Positions 1 to 12,150 of a DNA stretch of 64,000 nt are shown here, in pieces. Position numbers and translations under genes: made by a program. The notes below the pieces were generated by a model. The model searched no databases. It was not told where the DNA came from and saw nothing but the letters and a program-made list of their open reading frames with translations. Origin of the DNA: Lama glama (Eukaryota); NCBI GenBank assembly GCA_028534125.1, contig CM052816.1, positions 96,164,001 to 96,228,000 on the forward strand, read 5' to 3'. Positions within the stretch are counted from its first letter, which is position 1. Each line of letters opens with the position of its first letter.

Positions 1-999
1 GATGCTCATGCAAGGCCTGCTTGGAGAAAGTCCCCAGGGCAAGATGGACATTAATTAACCATTCCCAACTTTCCTGCCTCCTGAGTGTTGGCCTCGTCTC
101 CGGCTGAATTCAGACCTCCTGTCTGTGTCTCCCCTTGCTGTTTCCCCTGATCAGACCCTCTGCCTTTGTCTATACCCCCTTCACATTGGCTCCTGGCATG
201 TATTCTTTTACCTGCCCCGGTCCATGCCAGGCTGTTTCTTCATGCCAGGACGACTCTCCTGTCCCTGCTCTAACTTGCCATCCTCTGTTCCAGCAGGATG
301 AGACTGGATGGACTAGTGATCTCCAAAGGGCCGTTCAGCTCTCAGATTCTGGGATTTGCACGTTCGTTTGCTGTGGGTGTCCCCTTCTTCTGAACGGTTA
401 AGCTCACCACTGGTGTTTAATTAATATTAAGGATGCAGCAAATCTAGCTCGCTCTGCACCTTTAATGGCCAGTTAGCGGTGGGCTTGGCTTATCAAGCCT
501 GTCCAAGTGGCTGACTGAAGAGATCCCGTGCTCCTAACAGCTCCATAAGGCAGGTTATTTACTTAGGCTAATGGCTTCCACTCAACAGTGGGCAGAGCAA
601 AGACTGTGAGAGCTCATTACTAAAATATTATGGTAATGGTTTGAAAACCATCCAACAATGGGGCCATTTCAAAGTGTTTGAATATGACTCTCCTTTTTTT
701 TTTTTAAACTAAAGATGTCACTTTGCATATGTAAAGCGGCAAAACAGTTAGCTACTATCACAGTCTTGAAAAAGAAACTGAATCAGAGATATTTTCCTTT
801 AAAAGCCTTGCTCAAAATTCTGTGCCAAACAGAAAACAGAATTCTTAGTTAATAGTCTTTTAAAAATGGAATCAGTACAGCAGTAAAAAATGAAACTATG
901 TAAATACTTTTTATTATTTATATACTTTTGCTTATTTGAAAGAACTTTTCAAAAGCCTTTCCAGAAAAAGACTGTATTGTGATGCTTTGATTCTAAGCA

Positions 1000-1479
1000 T
1001 CTCGTCAGTTTACTAAGGCTGCCGGAAACAGACGAACACAAACCGAGTGTTTTAAACAACAGGAATCCATTACCTCATGGGTCTGGAGCCCAGAAATCTG
1101 AAATCAAGGTGTCAGCAGGGCAGTGCTCTCCCTGCAGGCACCAGGGGAAGTCCTTCTTTGCTTCTTCCAGCCTCTGGTGTTTGCACCAGTCCTTGGCCTT
1201 CCCTGGCTTGGAGCTGTCACCCCAGCCACGTGGCCACCTTCTCCCTGTGTGACTTCACGTCAGCTTCCCTCTGGGCTTATCCATCTCAGTGTCCAAATGT
1301 CCCCTTTTCATAGGACGCCAGTAATACTGGATTAGGGACGACCGTAGTGACCTCATCAGAACTTGATCACTTCTATAAAAACCTCACTTCCAAGTCAGAT
1401 CACATTCTGAGGTACTGGGGGTTAGGATTTCAACATATCTTTTTTGCAGGGGGAGGGGGACACCATTCAACCTTTAGCA
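1000..1479 (-). mobile_element. MaLR solo LTR (MLT1A/B/C-like)
   Basis: Typical MLT1 motifs: aaacaacaggaa..tctggag..aaatcaaggtgtcagcaggg ... gtactgggggttaggatttcaacatat ... accattcaacc. Confidence 0.85.
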
Positions 1480-1544
1480 ATGTCAGTGTCATTTTTAATG
1501 AAAGATGACATTTTGGTCACCCAAATTTATATCTATATATTATT

Positions 1545-1705
1545 TATTTACTTTAAATTTTTATTTATTTTTAATACCTTTATTGTGGTATGGTTCCTAC
1601 AAACTACACATATTTCAGATGTACAATTTGATGAATTTTGATAGATGTATATGCCTATGACACCACCACCAGTCGAGATAGCCAGCATTTCCTTTACTCC
1701 CCAAG
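1545..1705 (-). mobile_element. Old L1 (L1MB/MC-like) 3' end fragment
   Basis: T-rich tail followed by ctttattg..gtacaatttgatgaattttga..accaccacc..agcatttcc. Confidence 0.7.
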
Positions 1706-3849
1706 AGGTGTATATATATTCTTTAATCCCGCATGTGGATGTGCACACACGTGCGCATGTGTGTATATGTGCACACACAAGTAAATAGATAACCCCCTCC
1801 AGTGGAATAGTTTAGTTGATGGTATGGAATTTAGAAAAGAAGTATTTTTTAAGTTGAATTAGTCACTTTACAACATTTGGCTGTTATTAGATATTTTTAG
1901 TAATCACCATGCCACCTCGTTTTTCATCTCTTTCCCACAGCCCCTTCGCTTCTTTATAGTGGAGCATCCAGTGATGCTGGTTGTCGTCTGTGACAGTTCA
2001 CTGCCGTTCTTTGCCCATCACATATGGTTTCCATTGCGTTGTCTTCCAGAGGGAGATCCTGAAGCTTCTGCCGTAACTCACTTTAAGCTCCTTGAGGAGA
2101 GGAGGGTGCTTTCACATGTTTTTTGAGACCACGCTGTTGGGAGCATGATGTCTGACTGTTTTCCCTGCCCCTTCTCTCCCTTTCCTGCCCAATACAGTTG
2201 CCATCTGTAGCAATCCTGAAATATAGAAATTATAAAATATTTTGGAGGCATTATTTCATAAGTTAATCCTGAAATTTAAAACTCCTAAGGTTTTACATCT
2301 AGAGCAGGTTACTTTCTGTACAATGTTGTACATTTATATTTGATCAGAGACTTTCTAAAATGCAGATTTCCCTTTGCAATTAGAAAAAAACAAGCAAATT
2401 AACCTTAAGCATGAAAGTTATCAAATGTAAAAATAAAAAAAATTAGGCATTATAAAGATCTGGCCAAGCACATAATATTATGTGATGCCTTTTGGCGACT
2501 GAGTATAAAATGGAATTACATACAACCATAAATGTAAATGTGTTCCCTGAGTCAAAAAATAATTTGTGACTTATTTACCCTGGTAAATAGAGATTTTACA
2601 CTGATGGCTTTTTTTTTAATTAGCTTTGCATGTGTGAGTCAAAGTGTTGCTCTAATAAAAGGTGACTTTTTTCTCCAAGAAAAACGTTATTAAAATGGCC
2701 CTTGTCATTGTGAAGCATGATTGAGGCAAATATATATGATCTTGAACTCATTGATCACTGTCAGCTACACAGGAAGAGACGAAGAGTGTTTAGAGAAAAG
2801 AAGATTCATGATCAGGAACGGTAAACTTGGAAAGATAGTTTATGCTTGAAATAAATTGGAAAGGAGGGGAAAAGGTGATTCACCATGAACAAAACCCTTT
2901 GGTACCTGGCATGGATGCCATAAGTAAATTGCTGGTGTAATTATTTAATGTCTTATTGTAGCATTGTTATCTTCCTATAAATGTAAATATTATTTTTTAC
3001 TTTTTTATTAGGTCTTAAGTTAATTTTCAAGCCCCAAATTATTAGTTTTTTTTCCAATAGCATTCAAAGTGGGAGTGAACTCTACCAAAAAAAAAAAAAA
3101 AGATCACATTATTTGCTAATAAATACATTTGTGGAAAGTACTATTTTTCACATAGAGCACAAAGACTTTTCTATTTTCATGCAAAATGTGTATTTCATAG
3201 TTATAGCATAGTTACATCACATACATGCAGCCTTTTGCTTGGAGAGCTCTGTATTCATTTATCAATAGCTTTTTTAAGAAAGAAAACTGTTTTAACAGTT
3301 TTTGACAAATTTCAGTTTGTCACAGCAGTTTAAATATAGATTCATAGGTTAACCTCCAAAACATGGCAAGTCCATAAATGGAGGTATAGATAGTACATTA
3401 ATTACACGTTTCATACAGTAGTGACCTTTTTCCTGACCTTCTAAAATAACTGATGTTCATTGGACCTTCTTCCTTCCTCATGTGGGATTCAGCTCTATAT
3501 TTCCCTGCCCCAATTACATACTCTTAAATTAACACAGTAGCATTTGAAGTTTTAAGGCTTAATTATTATTCATTACATTAAAATACCCTTTAGATGATAA
3601 GTAATCATCTGTTTGCTCCACTGGTTGATCAGAGTTGTTATTTGGTGAATAGAAACTATATTTTCTGCTCCTTCTATGTAGACTTGGATCATTGAGTGCT
3701 TTTTGGATGAGTACAGTGATTTCCAGTTAGATCTTCCAGATATGAGCAAAGTAATTCTTTGAAGATATTTAACAATATAAAGAGATTAAATTTTCCTGAT
3801 TCTTGCTGGTATAATGGTGATCTCAGCCACTACTGAGATATTATTAAAC

Positions 3850-4035
3850 ATACATCCGTCAGTGTGCTAAGAGCCCAGCATGCACTGAATCTTATCAGGG
3901 CTTCTGTTTGATAGGCACCATCTTTATCCTGACTTTGCATTTGAACTTGAACTTGAACTTGAAACTTATTAGTATCGCACATCTCTAACCTTGGTGGACT
4001 CCATATTAGACGTCAGACCTCCTGGCTGCAGCCTT
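3850..4035 (-). mobile_element. MIR SINE remnant containing a (TTGAAC)n micro-repeat at ~3941-3963
   Basis: gtgtgctaagagc..., accatctttatcc..tttgca, and cagacctcctggctgcagcc are MIR-like motifs. Confidence 0.5.
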
Positions 4036-4327
4036 CTAACGTAAATACTGATGAGCAGGATAAGGGGAACAGCGACTCCCCTGCTTCCTCACTGCCCATC
4101 CCTTTCCCTTTTTACTTCCACGTACAACCCGAACCATTGTAAAAATTCTACCAAGCCCGTGATCCAAACACGCTCTGTGGATTATTTGGGCTCTCATCTC
4201 TCTTTGTTCACTTAATTCTAACCCACAAAAGTTAGTTTATTTCCATGCACTGGCTTTTCCAGTAGAATGAGTATTACAAATGCAAGCTAGGACAAGAGGC
4301 TCACTGATTTTTTAAACCCATTATTTG

Positions 4328-4445
4328 AGTGGTTCTCAAATCTGTTAGATCATCAGATTCACTTGAATAGACTTTTAAAGGTGGAAATCCCCAAATCCCT
4401 TCCATGCCTACTGAATAAGGATTTAGGGTCAACAAGTTTCCTGCT
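4328..4445. mobile_element. hAT-Charlie MER5-like fragment
   Basis: Terminal motif agtggttctcaaa followed by catcagattcac..ttttaaa..cctactgaat. Confidence 0.55.
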
Positions 4446-5079
4446 TCAGAAGAGCATGGGAATGGATCCAAGCACAGGCTGTGAGAATAGGGATCTAAGT
4501 ATAGAAGTACTAGAAAGCAGCAGGGAGACGAGTGTGAGGAGCTGGGTGTTTGAAGGAGTTGAGGGGATGGAAGGCAGGAAATTCTGCTCTGACTTTATTG
4601 GCTTTGAGTGATGGTGAGAGATGGTGAGACTTGAGAGATGGTTTAAAATCAGTGGGGCTAGGAGAGAAAAGAAAGAAGGAGGAAAACAGAGCAAGTGAAG
4701 GAATGAGAGAGAAAATGAATGAATGAGTGGATGAATGAATAACTGAAATGTGGACCGTGTAGGTCTGGGAGTGAGGCTAGACTGTCAGCTCATTAGGAAG
4801 CCAGTTCCACCCTGAGTTCTCCATGTGAAAGAAGAGCCAGTGATCTGGTCTGCTCTGTCAGGGAAGTGTTAGGAGTCCACGGTCCCTGGACAAGCAGATG
4901 ACAGGTGCAGGGTTTGGAGTTCTGAGAGGTCAAGCTGATCAGCTGGTCTGTGGATCTATGAAGAGCTTTTTGCCAAGGTACCTGGACAGCACTGAGTATT
5001 TGGATATGCCAAGTGGGGAGTTTGGCACCAATAGTTAATGACATGAAAGAGGCATAATGTCAATTCTTGTATGAGGAAC

Positions 5080-5420
5080 AGCAGGAATAATTCAGGAGAG
5101 AACAGAAGGATGGGTTTCAGTGTCCGTCTCATGGTGTCTGGCCCAGCCCAAGAGTCTGCTGCCCCTCTTTGGGGCAGCTTTGCTGATGTTGTTGGAGGAT
5201 ATCTCATGCATATGTGTGATTCCCCAAAGTGATGCTGGTAGCACGTGCTGAGGCTTTTTTGCCGGTTATTCCTTCCATGACCCCAAAGAATCATGCCACT
5301 TCCAGCCTCAAATGCTGAGCAGCTACAGTGGAGCTGAGCTGGGTGGTGATCAGAGGGCCCCCATGTCACAGATGTAGAGCGGCACGCCCACGTGCCATCT
5401 GGCCACATTTCAGAGACAAA
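5080..5420 (-). mobile_element. Possible highly decayed RTE-clade LINE fragment (L4/MamRTE-like)
   Basis: With frameshifts, the minus strand gives LYxCxxW ... LH..C ... KWHD ... WAG.TMR, reminiscent of the RTE ORF C-terminal motifs LYGCETW / FH.RC..IL.IKW.D / RWAGH.MR. Confidence 0.35.
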
Positions 5421-5553
5421 TAGGCAAGATTTGATGATTAGGCACTGCTGTGGGTGATCTGAGCTTCTGTTCCCCATTTTATTTTCTTGTCTCTCAAGAT
5501 ATAAAATGTGATATATGATATATATGATTAATTAAATGCCCACATTTCCCCAA

Positions 5554-5597
5554 ACCACTTATACCTCTGTTGGCACCACTTATACCTCTGTTGGCAC
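5554..5597. repeat. Perfect 21-bp tandem duplication (ACCACTTATACCTCTGTTGGC x2)
   Basis: Read directly: copies at 5554-5574 and 5575-5595. Confidence 0.95.
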
Positions 5598-6671
5598 AGG
5601 TACTACCAGGTGATGTCAGAGAGGGTGGAATATATAGACTGTAATTATGGTTTGCAAATCAAGGAACCACTTGCTCTTCATTTCTTTTCTCTTTAGAGAG
5701 AAGTGTAGAGCTAACACAGTTGGTTAATGTAGAGCTAACATAGACACCAACAGCATTCATCTTTTGATTGTTAGATTGATTTTTGCAAAATATACCAGCA
5801 TCCCCTCCCTCTCCACCTGAATATCAATGACTGGTTTGGGTTAACAGTTTCTTAATTCTGACTGCTGGTGTAGCATGGCTGAACTAGGCATAAGGCAGAT
5901 CAATAATTGATCTAAATAAATCTAAATTTGGAGGAGGAGAGAAAAGTGGAAAAAGAAGTTAGATGAACAAATGGTACAGGAGAAGCAGACATGGAAGAAA
6001 AATGCTATAGATGTGACCAACTGAGGTCAAGCATGGTGTTAAATTTAATGAGAGGCATTAGATTTATTATTATTATTGCAAAAAAAAAAAACAGCAATTA
6101 ACCAATTGTCCATACCGTGAGTATAAAACGGCTGGATGTTGGCAACTGTGGGTTTAAAAATACAAGTTTGTGTTTCTTCCGTGATAAGTTTCTCTTGCAA
6201 TTTAAAATTAGAGAAAGTTTTTTTTTTCTATGCCTCTGGAAGGGAGATGGAAAGAATGGCTTCATAAACCCTTAAGAAATCAAAGATATTTAATGAAGAC
6301 ATTTTCTTGGAAGGAAGCAATTACCTGGATGGCTTTGAGGCTCTCATTTCAAGCTTTAAAGAAACAGAAATTCTGAAGTAAAATCATATTGACAGGTAGG
6401 TGTCAGGTGCTGACTCTGTGCCCTGCCTTTTGGCAGGAACGAAAGGGACATGAGAACTCAGTAGAAGCTTATGTTCTGGTTGACAAGATAACATTTATTC
6501 CCCTGAAAAGTTAATAGTGATAGTGGTAGTGTCATCCTGGGCCCTCTGTGATTCAGTGCCAGTTTGTGACATCAGACAGGCTAGAGGAACTCAGGGCAGG
6601 TCCACAGGGTCATTGATCCTGGCCAGAGATGGTCAGAGCCAACAAGCACAGCTCTGTCTCCTTCCACACCA

Positions 6672-6852
6672 AGGTTTCCTGCACTGTTGATATTTTGGGC
6701 CAGAGGATGCTTTCTTGTGGTGGGGTGGAGGGGCTGTCTGTACATGCCTGCGTCCTCCCCCCGAGTTATGACAACCAAAACATCCCCAGACATTTCCATA
6801 TGTTCCCTGGAGCAGGAGGGGGACAACATTGCTCCCAGTTGAGAGCCACTGG
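6672..6852 (-). mobile_element. MER20 (hAT-Charlie) DNA transposon
   Basis: gcactgttgatattttgggccaga ... tgacaaccaaaa catccccagacatt ... cccagttgagagccactg. Confidence 0.85.
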
Positions 6853-7119
6853 TAGACACTAACAGTGATTGCTTAGCATTTGGAATTGCTCACACGATAC
6901 AGGCAGTTGAAGACTCATTATATTACCCAGGAGATTCAAGTATTTTTCCATGCTGGTTTTTGTTTAATAAAGTACCATGAAAACTGTTCAAACTTACAAA
7001 TAATTCTAGAGTAGTTAATCTTCCTATAAATTCAGCAAAGTTATCTGGCATTTCATCTACAACTGTGTTAGTGCCTTGCGGCAATGTAAAGAGAGTTTTG
7101 GAAAAGATTCTCCGAGGTG

Positions 7120-7265
7120 TGTGCCCTTGGGCAAGTTACTGAAACTCACCGTGTCTCAGTTTCCTCTTTGGAATAATCCTAATGCCCTCCTCGGGTTTTT
7201 TTGCTGAGTTAATGCAGATAACAGTCTGTGCAAGCAGCCTGGCATGTCATTAACACTGACATTGA
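7120..7265 (+). mobile_element. MIR SINE
   Basis: MIR core ttgggcaagttact..ac..tgtctcagtttcctc, then ataatcctaatgcc..., cctggcat. Confidence 0.75.
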
Positions 7266-7659
7266 TGTCACTTTCGGTTTATGGTTGTAATTGTGAACTT
7301 TGCGAATCAAGGCTGTACTATTAACTGCTATATTTTAAGATCAAGACCATAAATGGATTGGGAGAGTCACAGAATGTATTTGTAAATTTGAAGCAAAAGG
7401 CATTTGCTAAGGGAGAAGGGGGCTTAAACGCTGCATCCATTTAAAAACGTTATTTTCATGTTTGGCGTCTTCTGAGAGCCACTACGGTCCCCACTCCAGG
7501 TGTGGTTCTGCCCAGCCTGGGCGGGCTGGTGAAACACAGCCTGTCTCCAGTGCTGCGGGCTGAGCGCCGACCCCACGGGAGGGTGAGCTTGGCCTGTGCA
7601 CCTGGGACGAGGAGGGCGGGGGTCCCTTCTGGACACCCGGAGTGGTGGCAGAATAATTA

Positions 7660-8215
7660 TTCCTTGCTTCGATTGGCTATTGATTGCTGCCTAAAACTAC
7701 TGAAAAACGTAGTGGTTTAAAATGACTGTTTTATGTTGCTTACAACTTTGTGAATCAGGATCCAGAAACCTTGGTTGGAATGTCTGGTCGTCATGGCATC
7801 AGACGGAGGCAGCTGGGACTGGAAGTTCTTACTCAGGCTGGTGCATCCGTGCGTCGCTTGTCTGCACTTCACTGCTCCTTGGGTTCTCTCTCTCCTCTCC
7901 CTCCTCCTCCCCCTCCTCCTTTCTCTTCCTTCTCCCTCCTCCCCTTTCCCCCTTTCTTCTTCTCTTCCTCCTTTTTCTTCTCCCTCTTCTTGTCTCTCCC
8001 TCCCTCTCTCGCCCCCACCCCCCACACTTCTCATCTACCGCCCTTGTCATTTCACCCCCCATGGCCCCGCCCACTGCGCTCAGGACAGCCCTACTTCTGA
8101 CAGGGCATCTGGCTCCAGGAGGCAGGAAGCCGGCCCCCAGGCCAGTTAAGGCTGAGCAGGGAACTAGCAAGGACAGGATCACTTCTGTCCTGTTCCGTTG
8201 CTCAAAGCAGTCACA
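7660..8215 (-). mobile_element. Old MLT1 (MaLR) LTR split by a polypyrimidine tract
   Basis: tattgattgctgcctaaaactac..aaaacgtagtggtttaaaa..tgcttacaactttgtgaatcagga on the left; atcacttctg..ttg.tcaaagcagtcacagg on the right. Confidence 0.6.
7884..8025. repeat. ~140-bp C/T-rich low-complexity polypyrimidine tract
   Basis: Almost exclusively C/T on the + strand (CTCCTC, CTTCTC units). Confidence 0.9.
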
Positions 8216-9045
8216 GGCCTGTAAGGATTCCGAGTGGTGGAGAACTGGACTCCAGTTCTGGACGGGGATCTGCAGGTCACGTGACAGAAGGGCCTGTGGA
8301 GGGAGACCCTGCAGGGCCATCTGTGGAGCACACAGTCTGCCACGCCCTGTGTCTATGACTTCACCTCCCATAGATTCTGACCCCATTGACCAAGAGTCTT
8401 CATTTTTAACAATGACAAAAAAGCAGTGATTTCAAAAATGGATGAGAAGAAATCCTAGAATTTCTGTTTCTATTATTCTTACACAAAAGTAAGCAGCGTA
8501 ATATTTACTTATAGTAATATGCAGGTTGATGCAGGTGCCCTGGCTCTTTCAATATTTCAAGCTGCTGACACACGTCAGAGTCAATTTCAGGAGTATACTG
8601 AGGGAATCAGGGACAAATGGGGAAGGATTTTGGTTTACAAGTGCCAGTAAACTGGATTTTTGCCATATGTTATCTGTGTGGTAGGATCTTCATAATGTTC
8701 TGTTATGAAGTGTTGGGGACTGTTGCTTTGTGTTTCATAGAGACGTTCTGAAGTATTTAGTGGCAACATATTTTTTCAATTTTCATACTAACATATTAAA
8801 GATTGATCAAACTTAACATATATACATATATGTATACACAAATATATGAATGTGTGTCCATCCAGCCATCCAGCCATCCATCCATCCTTTTTTAAGAGAG
8901 AAGTGGTCCCCTTTGCTGAACTTTGTGATTTTCGATAGTGTGATAAATAGGATGTTTTGGGTAAAAATATAATCTTTTTATTTCAAGAATGAGTGAAACA
9001 GAATCAGTTTTTTAAAAAATTTATGCAATGGAAAACTGATTTTTT

Positions 9046-9210
9046 TTTTTTGGAGTAGTTCTACTTTTTTTTGTCACTGCTATTAATGATATGAGTGTCT
9101 CTGTCAGAGCATTTCCTGAAGGGGACTCAGCCAAGCCTGACTGGAGCAGAGCCAAGGAGGGGGCCAGTGACCCCCGGAGCCAGGAGGTCTGGGGTCTGCA
9201 TCCTCCACCT
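9046..9210 (-). pseudogene. Short poly(A)-tailed retrocopy of unknown (non-repeat?) RNA, flanked by a 17-bp TSD
   Basis: TGGAAAACTGATTTTTT at 9029-9045 and 9211-9227; T-run 9040-9051; the insert is more GC-rich than its AT-rich flanks. Confidence 0.7.
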
Positions 9211-11147
9211 TGGAAAACTGATTTTTTCAATCAGACGCTTTGAAATACTTCCATCTTTACATGAATTTGTTGTTGAAAATGAAATAAAGTGTCACTATAA
9301 TAATGGCTTTATCCATGCTTTAGATTTGGAAATTTAGAAAATTCTTTTTAAAGCATTCTTACAGATACTTCTAAGATACTTTTAAGTTTTGTAAAACTTT
9401 CAAGTGGAGGGTTTTAGTGCTCATTTAAAACTTTTCTTATGAATTTTCAAGCAGGAGATTTTGACATCAGTGAGGATGGAAAAGTACTAGACAAGTTTCA
9501 ACAAAACATCATCTAATCAGAAGATGGGTTTGAAAAAAATAGTAAATCAAAATTTAGTTAAGAATAGTCAAGGATTTGACTATTGGATTTGCATGTCTGT
9601 CTGAGGTGTCTACTTTATAACTGTTTTAAACTAAAAATCTAAATAAACTGAATGTAAATACAGATTCTCTAAACAGAGTTTTAAATCACTATATCATAAA
9701 TTATTGTACCAAGATTTAGAAAAACTTATTCAATTAAAATATAATGTTTCTTCTATAATATCTTTCATTATATCTTTATGTAATTCTTTTAAAATGTAAT
9801 GAAAATATACATATACACATGCACAGTTGTATGTGCATTTAATATTTAAATGATGAAATATACATGGATAGAGAGTAAACGTCAAAAGTTTTACTGATAA
9901 GAGAATATGAGCAAAACATTTGGGAAATACTGGTAGAGTCATGTTAAAGATGCTTTACAAATACCACATACTGGTGTCTAACAAGCTTAATCAATTGATT
10001 ACAGTATTATTTCAGGTAGAATTCTCTTTCCAGCAGAAAGCCATTTAATTAAAAAATATTTTTTAGACAACAAAAATTTTGTTTGGAGAACATAATTAAA
10101 TGTTCTCTACTTTTTCTTCTGTCATTTTTACTTCTTTTCAGATATTACATGACATGAATGAGATCTAGTTTAAAACTTGTGAATTCCCTACTGCCAGGTT
10201 AACTGTAGTCTCATCAAGACAACTTTTTGGTTCCAGCTACTTTATTATGCAACCCATTTTTGATAAATTGTTTTTTAGTTTAATGTTGGAAAAAAGAATC
10301 ACTCTTCGTCTTATCTTGGTTTTAGAAAATAAATTTCATTTGTGAGATTTTATTTGCTCGAAAAACAGACACCACTGAGAATGGCTTCACATTTATTTTC
10401 TCCTGTTTCTTCACCCGTGAAAGAACATGTACCTGTGCTGGGCACCTTCTCTTGCCCCTCCCAGTGTGCTTTTCCCTTCTCCAGTGGGCCCTGCTGCATG
10501 GACTATTTCCATACTCCTGTGCCTTCAAGCACCTGGTTGGATGGGGCCCGTGGAGAGAAGTCACATGGAACTTTGTCAGAGAGGAGGGGGAGACTAGGGT
10601 TATCACTCCCTTCACTTGCCTCCATAGGGTCACCTTGGACTGGCTGTGGCTCTTGACCAAAGATCAGCTTCCCAAGGACTCAGATTACAGTGCTCTGTGC
10701 TGCCTGGCTCTCTTTTTATGGTGCTGGTCCTCTCTCATCATCCATCTGGACACCCTAGTAGCCACTGGGGACTCGTGTTTCCACCTACTCACTTGTATTT
10801 TTATCTATAGTTCTATTAATCTTTCCTACAATTACCTTCTGTTATGATGCATTTCTTATAGGACCCTTGGTTAATAAAGTATCCTATAAAGGTACTTGAG
10901 GATTTTCCCAGGTTTTAGAAGTATTTCACTTTGATGTAAGAACCCAGTGTATGTGCCCTGTGTTTCTTTTCAGTTGGCCTTGTATCATCTACTAGTTTTC
11001 TCCATCCATCAGTGGTTCTGAAGAGACATTTTCAGAATCCACATGTTTAATTGAGGTTGACTGAATAGGACGGCATTTACATTGTTTAAGTTAAATTTTG
11101 AGGCAAAAAGATTTTCAAAGTGCTTCATCATATTTAATAAATGGAAA

Positions 11148-11362
11148 AGTTAGCAGTTTTTTTTCCTGTAAAGGACCAGATAGTGAATTTGGATGTTTTG
11201 CAGTCCATGTGATCTCTGGTGCGATGAATCAGCTCTCTGCCACTGTGGTGCAAAACCAGCCTCAGACAAGGTGTGAATGAATAGAGATGGTTGTATAAAT
11301 AAAACTTTATTTATAATAATAGGTGGACCAGATTGGCCTGCTAGCTGTGGTTTGCTAATTTC
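11148..11362 (+). mobile_element. MER58A-like hAT DNA transposon
   Basis: ttttcctgtaaaggaccagatagt ... ctctgccactgtggtgcaaaa..agcc..agacaa ... aataaaactttattta ... gctgtggtttgc. Confidence 0.85.
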
Positions 11363-11448
11363 TGAACTCAGGTTACACAGTGTTGGGAAATGGATATCAT
11401 TTCTTTCAAAAGCATAGAGTTTTTAAGGGCATATAAATTATAAACTTC

Positions 11449-12150
11449 ATGGAGATTCCTCAAAAGACTAGGAACAGACTTACCACATGACCCAGTCATC
11501 CCGCTCCTGGGCATGTATCCAGAAGGAACCCTACTTCAGAATGACACCTGCACCCCAATGTTCATAGCAGTATTATTTACAATAGCTAAGACATGGAGAC
11601 AGCCTAAATGTCCATCAACAGATGACTGGATAAAGAAGATGTGGTATATTTATACAATGAAATACTGTTCAGCCATAAAAACTGACAACATAATGCAATT
11701 TGCAGCAACATGGATGTTCCTGGAGAAAGTTATTCTAAGTGAAGTAAGCCAGAAAGATAAAGAAAAATACCATATAAGATTGCTCATGTGTAGAATCTAA
11801 AAAAAAAGAAGAACATAAATACAAAACAGAAACAGACTCAAAGACATAGAATACAAACTTGTGGTTGCCAAGGGAGTGGGGAGTGGGAAGGGACGGACTG
11901 GGATTTCAAAATTGGTAGGTATTGACTGACATACGTAATAGATAAACAAGATTATACTGTATCGCCCAGGGAAATATATACAAGATCTTGTGGTAGCTCA
12001 CAGCGAAAAAAATGTGACAGTGAATATATATGTGTTCATGTATAACTGAAAAATTGTGCTGTACAGTGGAATTTGACACAACATTGTAAAAAAGTAAAAA
12101 AAAATTAAAATTAAAAATAAATGAATGCAAAAAATAATAATAATAAATAA
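11449..12150 (+). mobile_element. 5'-truncated lineage-specific (camelid-type) L1: ORF2 C-terminus, 3' UTR and A-rich tail
   Basis: ORF 11513..11800 is the L1 ORF2 C-terminus (TCTPMFIA.LFTIAKTW.QPKCPSTDDWIKKMWYIYTM...SEVSQ). The 3' UTR ends tttgacacaacattgtaaa plus an A-rich tail. Confidence 0.95.

Noticed and set aside
7717..8429. Five overlapping ORFs up to 235 aa
   Set aside because: They arise from a stop-poor C/T low-complexity tract and an LTR remnant, with no protein-like content.
11513..11800. 95-aa ORF as an independent gene
   Set aside because: It is the C-terminus of L1 ORF2 in a truncated element.
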